A stretch of DNA of 12,823 nt from Candidatus Asgardarchaeum abyssi (GCA_040225955.1 JBECUL010000057.1:1-12823), one strand, 5' to 3'. Shown: positions 1 to 7,333, numbered from the stretch's first letter. The notes: generated from the sequence alone by a model not told the origin. Translations and numbers: made by a program.

Positions 1-294
1 ATCGGTAAATAATACGTATGATGAAAAAAATCTTTTCGTCGGCTATTTCATATAACATTGTTTTAATCAACAAAGCAGGGTCTGATACTTTATTTATAGT
101 GATAACATATAGAACAACTTTTTGATTACAAAAAAAGTCATCTTATCTGTCAGAAGTCTAAGAATTAGCGATATGTTTTCATTCACTAGATAATACATTA
201 GATATGTATAGTTTAGTCCCTACTTTATCAACTGGGGTTAAGGTTCTTTTAATAAGTAAAAATCGTAAGTTGGTGAAACGTTTTGAAAGATATA

Positions 295-384
295 ATGAAA
301 AGAAGTATAGCCATTTTACTAGTTCTATTGTTTGCATCATCAACGTTTTTCCTTGCAATACCAAATCTTCCTATGGTAGATTAG
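295..384 (+). pseudogene. 29-aa signal-peptide-only ORF (remnant of a secreted protein gene, or a small membrane peptide)
   Basis: Manual translation gives MKRSIAILLVLLFASSTFFLAIPNLPMVD*, with a basic n-region and a hydrophobic h-region. GGTGA is at 272-276, an in-frame TTG at 283, and a TATA-like ttttaata at 247-254. The stop overlaps the end of the convergent gene at 381. Not in the ORF track. Confidence 0.45.
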
Positions 385-653
385 ACATTTTTCTTCTTAA
401 ATCCCAGATTCTTTAAGAGTTTTTCCAACTCGTCATTCTTAACAGTAAGTTCTATTTCTAGCTCTGGAAAATCATCGTTCACAAAAGTTACATCCTGTTC
501 TATATCGTCAGGGCTTTCTTCCTCGAACCAAGCTTTAAATTTCGAAATTACGATTTTTCTTCTTTCTTCGTCTAACTCATAAATTGTTGCATCTATATTT
601 TCGTCGCTGTTGACAAATTTTAGTATTTTATCGATAATCTCATCTTTGTTCAT
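381..653 (-). CDS. Hypothetical acidic protein, 90 aa
   Basis: The SD GAGGTGA lies just upstream of the ATG at 653; the track's GTG at 662 is inside the SD. 25 of 90 residues are D/E. Confidence 0.8.
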   Translation of the reverse strand: MNKDEIIDKILKFVNSDENIDATIYELDEERRKIVISKFKAWFEEESPDDIEQDVTFVNDDFPELEIELTVKNDELEKLLKNLGFKKKNV

Positions 654-689
654 TTGAATCACCTCAATTAAAATTGAATTGTATGTAGG

Positions 690-705
690 AAATCATTAAT
701 GATTT
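690..705. promoter_or_regulatory. Perfect 16-bp palindrome AAATCATTAATGATTT, putative operator
   Basis: Exact dyad symmetry. It lies between the minus-strand TATA-like element (about 702-709) and the start at 653, in the divergent intergenic region shared with the GT2 gene. Confidence 0.4.
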
Positions 706-953
706 TAAATTTTTTGCCAATAGTAGTACAAAATTCAATATATACTGAACATTTCAATAGTTATAAAGGGAAAAATCAAATATTTTTGCAATAAGATAAT
801 ATACTAATGAAGTATAATTTATGTTGTATTTGATAATTAATCTTTGTTGCTGAAAAACAAAAAAATTCATATGTATGAACATTTTATTAATACTATCAAT
901 GCATATAATACATTGCTCACCGCTCTTTTGGGAACAAACAAGGAGGAACTACA

Positions 954-2300
954 ATGCTTGACTTAATCTCAATGATCATAAGCTATTGCTTAGCTCTGTA
1001 TTTACCATTCTTAGCGTTGCTCTCGATACTCTACAAAAAACCAGAGAAGGCAGAGAAAAGAGCGGGAAATGTTGAATTTGTTATAGTTACTATTGGAACT
1101 GAATCTGTTAGAGACGCTCTTTTTGAAACACTAGATAGAGTAACAAATATGTTTGCCGAATACAAGATATATGTTCTCACAGAGGAGTATGCCTCACTGA
1201 TTCCTGAAATAAAAAGATATCCCGTAGATGTTGTTATTGTTCCGAGAAGCTATACTTGCAAAGCAAAATATAAGGCTCGGGCTTTAAATTATTTTGTTGA
1301 AACGCGAGTTAAAGAAAATATGTGGTACGTTTTTCTGGATGATGATAGTTATCCTCTGGATGATAACTTCCTTTACGAATTACCTATATTTGAGAAAAAA
1401 GGTTATGTCGCAGGAAACGGTATATTAATCCCGCGAAGGGGAAGATCTAAGTTAACTTATCTTGCAGATTTTCTGAGAACTGCTACAGATTTACTTTTCC
1501 TACGATTCACACTTGGTGTTTTAAGACGACCATGGTTATTTGGACTGCATGGTGAGCTACTAATTGTTAAGGGTTGGGTGCTTAAAGAGATAGGATTTAA
1601 TTTTGATTCCATAGCTGAGGATTCTCGTTTTGCTGCTGAGATTTTTAGAAAGAAATATAGAACATTTCAAACCACCACTGAAGTCTCAATATTATCCCCT
1701 AATAGCGTAAGTGCTTTCTGGAGGCAGCGTGCCAGATGGATCAGAGGGATTCTTCATGACGTTAAAGAATATCCATCCCCCCTAAGAGAAATAACTCTTA
1801 TAACCATGATTTTGTGGTTTCCAAGCATTTTTGGATACACATTCTTAATCCTAGATACTATTAATATCCTCTATAGTATTGCATTATATATACAATCTCT
1901 GGCTACTATAACAGTTCTCTATCATAATGTAAACTCGATTCTTGCATTTTTCTATTCCTTAATCATAAATTCGTCGGTAAAGCAAAGTGCAATGATTCCA
2001 CTTTCCTTCATAATCCGAAATATAACACCTGCCAGATTATGGTTGATATTTCTTATAATCACCTACTTTATTGGGGGTCGTGGAAAAGATAAAATCCTTG
2101 TTGTTGTATGTCTTTATATTGTGGCCCTTATTGAATTTTTAGCACCACTTTATGCCTTGCTATTTTATAAAGGCGGATTTGTTGTTATTAACAAAAATAT
2201 AATGGAAAGACGAATCGCGCTTTGTGAGTTAAATTTCGAACCGGAATATCTTGATCTATTTGCTACTTATAACTACAATGTTAAGAAAAGCCTATTGTAA
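954..2300 (+). CDS. Membrane-bound family 2 glycosyltransferase, Egghead/BRE-3 / PcManGT-like (putative mannosyltransferase)
   Basis: N-terminal TM helix; KARALNY; FLDDD (DxD); SIAED; QRARW (QxxRW); several C-terminal hydrophobic helices. SD AGGAGGA at 941-947. Confidence 0.88.
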   Translation: MLDLISMIISYCLALYLPFLALLSILYKKPEKAEKRAGNVEFVIVTIGTESVRDALFETLDRVTNMFAEYKIYVLTEEYASLIPEIKRYPVDVVIVPRSYTCKAKYKARALNYFVETRVKENMWYVFLDDDSYPLDDNFLYELPIFEKKGYVAGNGILIPRRGRSKLTYLADFLRTATDLLFLRFTLGVLRRPWLFGLHGELLIVKGWVLKEIGFNFDSIAEDSRFAAEIFRKKYRTFQTTTEVSILSPNSVSAFWRQRARWIRGILHDVKEYPSPLREITLITMILWFPSIFGYTFLILDTINILYSIALYIQSLATITVLYHNVNSILAFFYSLIINSSVKQSAMIPLSFIIRNITPARLWLIFLIITYFIGGRGKDKILVVVCLYIVALIEFLAPLYALLFYKGGFVVINKNIMERRIALCELNFEPEYLDLFATYNYNVKKSLL

Positions 2301-2445
2301 GCCATAATATATGTAAGACCATCTTGTTTATTTTTTCGTAAAACCGTTTTTTAAGGGAATTCAAAAAATTAAAATTATTTAGCAAGCAAATATTATTAAT
2401 TGAATATCCCTTTGTAGAAAATTCATAGATAAAGATGGTGAATAT

Positions 2446-3018
2446 ATGCCAGAAGGAGAATTTTTCGTACCAAATATGAATGTAGAAACTTTTCTACCCA
2501 TCATTGAACGGGTCTTGACACTAAATAAATTTAAAGTGAAGCAGAAAAAGAAAACAAAGCAAGGGGGTCTCTTTGTTAAGGCCATTTGGGGTAGTAGATT
2601 TAAGTCTCATCTCATGAGAAGCCTTATACCTTTTGCTGATTTCTTTAAGGGAGCTCAGCGTGCTGGATGCGAAGCCTACTTGAGGGAAGTGCCAAATGGA
2701 TTAACGTTGAGAATGGCTGTAGTTCCTTATACCGAATTGTTTGATCAAAGAGAAGTGTTTTTGCTTTCACAAGGCATTATTGAAAAATTCACTGATAACC
2801 GCCTGACAAATGAGTTATGGCAAAATATACTTAATGGCCTATTATCAAGCGGAGTTCAGTTGTTGCCCTTATCAGCAATGCAACAAGCTCCAGCGTCTCC
2901 ACAAGCACCTCCAGCTCCCACAGCTCCTGTAGCAGGCACTATAACATGTCCAATTTGTGGTGCTAGTAATCCTGCTGATGCCAAGTTCTGTGCAAGTTGC
3001 GGCCACAAGCTAAAATAA
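2446..3018 (+). CDS. Zinc-ribbon domain protein (unknown N-terminal alpha/beta domain, Pro/Ala linker, C-terminal CxxC-x10-CxxC)
   Basis: C-terminal CPICGASNPADAKFCASCG, preceded by the linker APASPQAPPAPTAP. SD GGTGA upstream. Confidence 0.85.
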   Translation: MPEGEFFVPNMNVETFLPIIERVLTLNKFKVKQKKKTKQGGLFVKAIWGSRFKSHLMRSLIPFADFFKGAQRAGCEAYLREVPNGLTLRMAVVPYTELFDQREVFLLSQGIIEKFTDNRLTNELWQNILNGLLSSGVQLLPLSAMQQAPASPQAPPAPTAPVAGTITCPICGASNPADAKFCASCGHKLK

Positions 3019-3028
3019 AATAACTAAT

Positions 3029-3679
3029 TTATTTACTGGGGAGTGTTAAATCCCTTAGCAGCTGTGTTATTGTGAAGTATATAGTCTCTACTGCTTCATT
3101 TAGTTTATCATCTGAGTTATCAACAACGAGCAGACTTAAATTTTTCTTATATTTTTCTTCAGCCATTTCCAAATACTCTCGTGCTATTGGAACATAAGCA
3201 TTTTGCACACGCAGTGCATGCTGTAGTGATTCATAAATCTCTTTATTCTTTTTCTCGGCTAATCTTCGCTTAAGACTCTCCTCATCAGCTTGCAGAATAA
3301 CAGTTAATTGTGGAGGCGGAAGTAATAACTGTAACTGTAATAAAAACTTATACGGAACATTATCCAATTTCCCGTAAACTAATCCACTTAGAACATACCG
3401 GTCAAAAATAAGAATGGCATCACTCTTAGGCTCCCATTCTAATATCTCATTATAAAACTCCAATCGATTTGCTGTTTGGAGAAGCTGAAAAACTACTGCA
3501 TCATTCCAATCAAATTTTGGTAATTGAAGCATCTTATTTATAATCCCGCCTATATCAGTCTTCCTATTTGGAAAAGGTATCACTTTAACCTTTAATCCCT
3601 TTCTTTCTAAAAGTCTAGCGAGTTCATTTGAAACTGTCGTTTTTCCAACTCTATCTGTTCCTTCAATTTGTACTAGCAT
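3029..3679 (-). CDS. tmk: Thymidylate (dTMP) kinase, type I
   Basis: P-loop EGTDRVGKTT; FPNR; ANRLE; DRYVLSG; P-x-P before the next strand; E-x-YE in the LID region. Confidence 0.93.
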   Translation of the reverse strand: MLVQIEGTDRVGKTTVSNELARLLERKGLKVKVIPFPNRKTDIGGIINKMLQLPKFDWNDAVVFQLLQTANRLEFYNEILEWEPKSDAILIFDRYVLSGLVYGKLDNVPYKFLLQLQLLLPPPQLTVILQADEESLKRRLAEKKNKEIYESLQHALRVQNAYVPIAREYLEMAEEKYKKNLSLLVVDNSDDKLNEAVETIYFTITQLLRDLTLPSK

Positions 3680-3747
3680 TGGTCACACCATGAGAAGATA
3701 AATACTTAAAGAGATTAAAACATTCTACCTTTTAAAGCTAACTATAA

Positions 3748-4521
3748 TCATTTCTGACAATGCTCGCAAACAAAAGTCTTTCGACCGTTAGGCTGCTGTC
3801 TATAAAACTTAATCGGAGTCCCGCAAATGAAACATGGTTTATTATAACGATTATATACCATGAGCATCGGTTTAATCCTTTCATGTCTCATACGTCTTTC
3901 AAAAAACTCTTCGCTTAGCTCCTTCGAGAAGGAAACGATACGCTCAACCTCTAATATAGACAAATCCTTAACCAGTCTATCCGGATGCACACCAGCTCTA
4001 AAGAGTATTTCATTTCTCAATATATTACCTATGCCTGCAATTACTCCTTGGTCCAATAATACATCACCTATTTTCCGATTTTTGTGTTTAAGGATCAACT
4101 TAATAGCCTTTTGAGGATTCCAATCTTTTCTCAATGGGTCAGGTCCTAGTGACGAGACTAAATTACGAATTACCTTACCTTTATAATCTATTTCAACAAT
4201 TGGTGCATTATAAACCACAATCTTCTTCGTCTCTAATTGAATGAATAGCCTTACTTGACTTTCAGGTTTTGCTAACTTCTCGGATAGAGAATAGATGTGA
4301 ATTGATCCATACATCATCAAATGCAATCTTATCGCATAGTCCCCTACAATAATCACTATGTTCTTGCCAAATGTTTCAACATCTTCTATCTTTTTTCCAA
4401 TCAACTTTTTTAAATCAACTCTAGCAAGCTTGCTTTTAGTCTCAATATTCGTAATACTTTCATCATTTGCAACCGTCTTAATTCGTATCGCTTGATATTT
4501 TGCTGTCGGGCCTTCAGTCAT
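3748..4521 (-). CDS. Fpg/Nei family DNA glycosylase/AP lyase (Nei/NEIL-like)
   Basis: N-terminal (M)TEGP; GKN catalytic Lys; HLMMYG; LGPDPL; H2TH LLDQGVIAGIGNILRNEILF; C-terminal CFIC...GRKTFVCEHCQ zinc finger. SD GAGGT (4532-4528) is 6 nt before the ATG at 4521 and directly abuts the TTG at 4527, so 4521 is the preferred start. Confidence 0.92.
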   Translation of the reverse strand: MTEGPTAKYQAIRIKTVANDESITNIETKSKLARVDLKKLIGKKIEDVETFGKNIVIIVGDYAIRLHLMMYGSIHIYSLSEKLAKPESQVRLFIQLETKKIVVYNAPIVEIDYKGKVIRNLVSSLGPDPLRKDWNPQKAIKLILKHKNRKIGDVLLDQGVIAGIGNILRNEILFRAGVHPDRLVKDLSILEVERIVSFSKELSEEFFERRMRHERIKPMLMVYNRYNKPCFICGTPIKFYRQQPNGRKTFVCEHCQK

Positions 4522-4538
4522 TTTCAAACCTCTTTTAT

Positions 4539-4559
4539 AAAAAAAGAAGAAAATAAAAC
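4539..4559 (-). terminator. U-rich tract after the Sm-like gene (possible archaeal terminator)
   Basis: The minus strand reads gttttattttcttcttttttt shortly after the stop at 4567. Confidence 0.4.
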
Positions 4560-4566
4560 AGAATTA

Positions 4567-4782
4567 TTACTCGGCTTTCAACATAATTATCCTGTTATTG
4601 CTGACGAAAAGCGCTTCTTTTCCTAAGAATTTTCTATCGATGAATGTTATCCCTATCTCGTCCCAGTGAAGTACTTCAATGTCATCTCTCTTCTTAACTT
4701 GGCCATCAATGTCTAGGTACCAGATAGATATGGATTTCTTGCCTGATCCCTTTTTAAGAGCTTCAACATGCGGAAAAGACAT
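4567..4782 (-). CDS. Small beta-rich protein, possible Sm/Lsm/Hfq-like fold, 71 aa
   Basis: SD AGGTGA at 4792-4787. A short N-terminal helix is followed by five predicted strands; VLHWDEIGITF and LFVSNNRIIML resemble Sm1 and Sm2 positions. The CDS is well supported; the fold is tentative. Confidence 0.6.
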   Translation of the reverse strand: MSFPHVEALKKGSGKKSISIWYLDIDGQVKKRDDIEVLHWDEIGITFIDRKFLGKEALFVSNNRIIMLKAE

Positions 4783-5243
4783 AAAATCACCTGCATAATG
4801 TCGCTTACATGGAAAATCTATATTATGTAAGGCTAATAAAATTTTATTTTAGAAATAGTCACAATGAATGTAAAATATAATTATCTGTGTATTGACAACA
4901 TTTACTTATATTAACGGAATCTTTATTTCACATTTGAGAATGAGTGATATAATGTTATTTTTAGTCCTAAGAGCTAAAAAATGTTAGTGAATCATTTATA
5001 TAAATCATCATCTTCAGACATCATCTTTATTTTCTAAAAAATGCTTTGTTGACCAAAACATTGTTATATTGAAGTTATGAAATCGGAATTTAGAGCAAGT
5101 TATTATGATATCGCATATAACACATTTATCAGCGATACTATTATAACATTACGCAACCATTCATTGAATTGTTCAACAAAGTACTAAAAAAGTAATATTT
5201 TTATTACATTGCCAAGATTTAGTTTATGAAGAGGGATATTTTT

Positions 5244-5488
5244 ATGAGTAGCGTAGTGAGTTTTAGAGTAAATAAAGAAATAAAAGAAGAAATGAAAAAA
5301 CTTAAGCATATAAATTGGAGTGAATTACTAAGGCAGGTTGTAATTAAAAAATAGAGGAAGAAAAAATCAAGCAACAAAAGAATTATGATAGAATTAGATT
5401 AGCTGCTAAAAGAACAGATGAACTAAGGAGAGAAATTAAAGGCTGGTTATCCACAGAGGAAATAAGAAGGTGGCGAGAAAAACTATGA
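5244..5488 (+). pseudogene. vapB: Frameshifted RHH-type VapB antitoxin
   Basis: MSSVVSFRVNKEIKEEMKKLKHINWSELLRQVVIKK, then TAG at 5352. The -1 frame from 5351 continues IEEEKIKQQKNYDRIRLAAKRTDELRREIKGWLSTEEIRRWREKL* and overlaps the vapC start (ATGA). One A is missing from the A6 run at 5346-5351. Confidence 0.85.
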
Positions 5489-5631
5489 TTAGAGTCGTAC
5501 TAGATGCTTCTGTGATCGTGAAATGGTTCGTTAAAGAAATATACTCAGACATTGCATTAAAATTAAGAGAGGATTACTTAAAAGGAAAAATAGATATCAT
5601 AGTACCATCATTAGTGTATTATTCGTCCTAA
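5485..5631 (+). pseudogene. vapC: Truncated PIN-domain VapC toxin (N-terminal 48 aa only)
   Basis: MIRVVLDASVIVKWFVKEIYSDIALKLREDYLKGKIDIIVPSLVYYSS*. This is a typical VVLDASVxxKW start. The similarity stops just before the second conserved acidic residue (expected ...YYE), and I saw no PIN-like continuation downstream. Confidence 0.88.
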
Positions 5632-5657
5632 ATTTCGTCCTAAAATTATTCCTAAAT
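5622..5657 (+). repeat. Three 12-bp tandem units at the vapC breakpoint
   Basis: ttcgtcctaaat (5622-5633), ttcgtcctaaaa (5634-5645), ttattcctaaat (5646-5657). Confidence 0.8.
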
Positions 5658-5714
5658 AAATATATGAGAGTTCTACCTTCTTCATAATTATTATACAAAA
5701 AGAAGCTAAAATCT

Positions 5715-6392
5715 CTATAAAACTTCTAAAATTGGTTTTATACTATCTCCCTTTATGACAACATGGCTGTTTTTCGCAACTTCTTCAGATTCGGGGTTAA
5801 AAGATATTGCCAACTCGACTTTTTTAAAAACACGAATATCATTAAGTCCATCTCCGACTGCAGCACAATTGCTTAGCGTGTATCCATGTTTCCTTGCAAA
5901 GTTCTCTAAAATTCCATCCTTCTCATCAAACCTAACCTTCACAATAATATCTCCAGTTATGATACCATCCTTAATAACAAGCGTATTGCCAACCACATAA
6001 TCAAAACCAATTTCGTATAGTCTATCCTTTATAATATCAAGACCACCAGTTATAACAACTAACATATACCCCTTTTTCTTCAACTCAGAAACAGTCTCTT
6101 TTAAGCCGTCAACAAAAGGAATTCGATCAATAATCTTCATGAAAGCCTCATATGTTATGCCTTTCCACAATCCAGTATCCAACCTCGCCCACTCGTCATA
6201 GTCTATTTTCCCTTGGAAGTACCACTCCTTGTAAGTTTTTGCTTTTTCCCAAACTCCTAACTCTTCATGAACATATTGCCACATACTTGCTGCCTTAGTT
6301 AGGGTTCCATCTAAGTCAAACATTATAATCTTCACTCTCTTAGCTTTCTCACGTACCAAGCTTCTGTCTACGTTATAAATTACCTCTGACAT
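5715..6392 (-). CDS. HAD-IB family phosphatase, phosphoserine phosphatase (SerB)-like
   Basis: Motif I FDLDGTL; motif II ITGG; motif III Lys; motif IV GDGLND. Substrate cannot be determined from sequence. Confidence 0.88.
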   Translation of the reverse strand: MSEVIYNVDRSLVREKAKRVKIIMFDLDGTLTKAASMWQYVHEELGVWEKAKTYKEWYFQGKIDYDEWARLDTGLWKGITYEAFMKIIDRIPFVDGLKETVSELKKKGYMLVVITGGLDIIKDRLYEIGFDYVVGNTLVIKDGIITGDIIVKVRFDEKDGILENFARKHGYTLSNCAAVGDGLNDIRVFKKVELAISFNPESEEVAKNSHVVIKGDSIKPILEVL

Positions 6393-6540
6393 CTTGTATC
6401 ATTCCATACAGCTTTAAACCAAATAACACCTAATCGAATAAAAAATTTCCTATTATTATTTACTTTCTTTTTTAAAATCTATTATGAGATTTTAATATAA
6501 AAAATAAGAATTTGTTAAATAACGAAATAGTTAAATCATG

Positions 6541-6569
6541 TAATCATTATATTATTAAATATAAGATTA
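6541..6569. promoter_or_regulatory. Imperfect inverted repeat just upstream of intact vapB, putative autoregulatory operator
   Basis: taatc(a)ttatatt ... aatataa-gatta, ending 13 nt before the ATG at 6583. Confidence 0.35.
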
Positions 6570-6582
6570 TGTTGTGATAGAG

Positions 6583-6810
6583 ATGTCAAAATACGCTACT
6601 ATCACCATTACACGTAAAGTAAAAAAAATACTTGAGAAAGAAAAAGAAAATCGCAATTGGAGCGAGTTCTTACTCTTTATATATGAAGAATACAAACGCT
6701 TGAAAATGAAAGAATCTTTTGAAAAATTACGCAATCTGCTCTCTGATGAAGATCTAAAAGAAATAGAGAGGTCATATAAAGAGTTTAGAAGGAATTTTAG
6801 ATTGAGGTAA
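6583..6810 (+). CDS. vapB: VapB-family antitoxin
   Basis: MSKYATITITRKVKKILEKEK...WSEFL N-terminal DNA-binding pattern, acidic/charged C-terminus, 2 nt before a PIN gene. The GTG at 6574 is an alternative start. Confidence 0.85.
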   Translation: MSKYATITITRKVKKILEKEKENRNWSEFLLFIYEEYKRLKMKESFEKLRNLLSDEDLKEIERSYKEFRRNFRLR

Positions 6811-6812
6811 CA

Positions 6813-7166
6813 ATGATGCTGTTTGACACATCTATAATTATTGAGATGTTGCGGAAAAATATCTACAAGCCAGGTGCAATATCAATTATTTCTCTTATTG
6901 AAATACTTAGAGGTGTGGCAAAACAAAAAAGAGAAGCAGTCAAAGAAGTTTTGGAAAATGCATTTGAGATAATAGCTATAGATAACGATATTATTTTAAC
7001 TTACTGTGACCTCTATAATCATTTAAAAGATAAAGGAGAATTATTGTCGGATGCCGATTTTTTAATAGCAGCATCGGCTATTGCAAAGAGACAAAAGTTA
7101 ATTACTAAGGATACTGATTTTAGGAGACTGAAAAAATATGGGTTGTCTTTGAGTTATGAACTCTAG
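6813..7166 (+). CDS. vapC: VapC PIN-domain ribonuclease toxin
   Basis: LFDTSIII; S..EILRG; DADFLIAASA; LITKDTDF. All PIN acidic residues are present. Confidence 0.93.
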   Translation: MMLFDTSIIIEMLRKNIYKPGAISIISLIEILRGVAKQKREAVKEVLENAFEIIAIDNDIILTYCDLYNHLKDKGELLSDADFLIAASAIAKRQKLITKDTDFRRLKKYGLSLSYEL

Positions 7167-7333
7167 TGGATTTAACTAATAATTAGTCTATCCATGAAGT
7201 GTTTCTTGATTTGGAATTTGCTATTAAATGCTTTCTCATTGATATTTTATTTGCATTAAGGTTCTCATTACTGTATTTGAAGAATACTTATTTTAATAAC
7301 ATAAATTTAAATACCTAAAAATGTCAGAGTAAC

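Noticed and set aside
2-58. Minus-strand MLYEIADEKIFFIIRIIYR, reminiscent of a RelE C-terminal strand
   Set aside because: Too short, cut by the window edge, and the upstream frame is not RelE-like.
179-416. Track ORFs 179..364 (-) and 204..416 (+)
   Set aside because: No family motifs or convincing SD. The third-frame signal-peptide ORF at 295-384 explains the local signals better.
2446-2457. The Zn-ribbon gene begins MPEG, like a canonical Nei N-terminus, near the Nei gene that lacks Pro
   Set aside because: The rest of the protein has no Fpg/Nei similarity; a four-residue match is treated as coincidence.
3860-4114. Short antisense ORFs (also 2379..2585, 5755..6000, 7324..7542, 9073..9974, 11409..11621)
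   Set aside because: They overlap well-supported genes on the opposite strand and have shadow-like composition.
5352-5354. TAG read-through (pyrrolysine or recoding) in vapB and at 382-384
   Set aside because: VapB similarity resumes in a different frame rather than in frame, and TAG is a normal stop for vapC (7164-7166) and the HAD gene.
6472-6495. 9-bp inverted repeat ttaaaatct-attatg-agattttaa and other short AT dyads (664-677, 800-816, 866-879)
   Set aside because: Real but low-complexity. Such dyads are expected in very AT-rich intergenic DNA, and no function can be assigned.
7167-7194. Possible integron attC sites (RYYYAAC after the vapC and hypB stops, with a weak hairpin at 7167-7194)
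   Set aside because: No matching GTTRRRY core at a suitable distance, no shared attC fold and no integrase. The hairpin is at most terminator-like.
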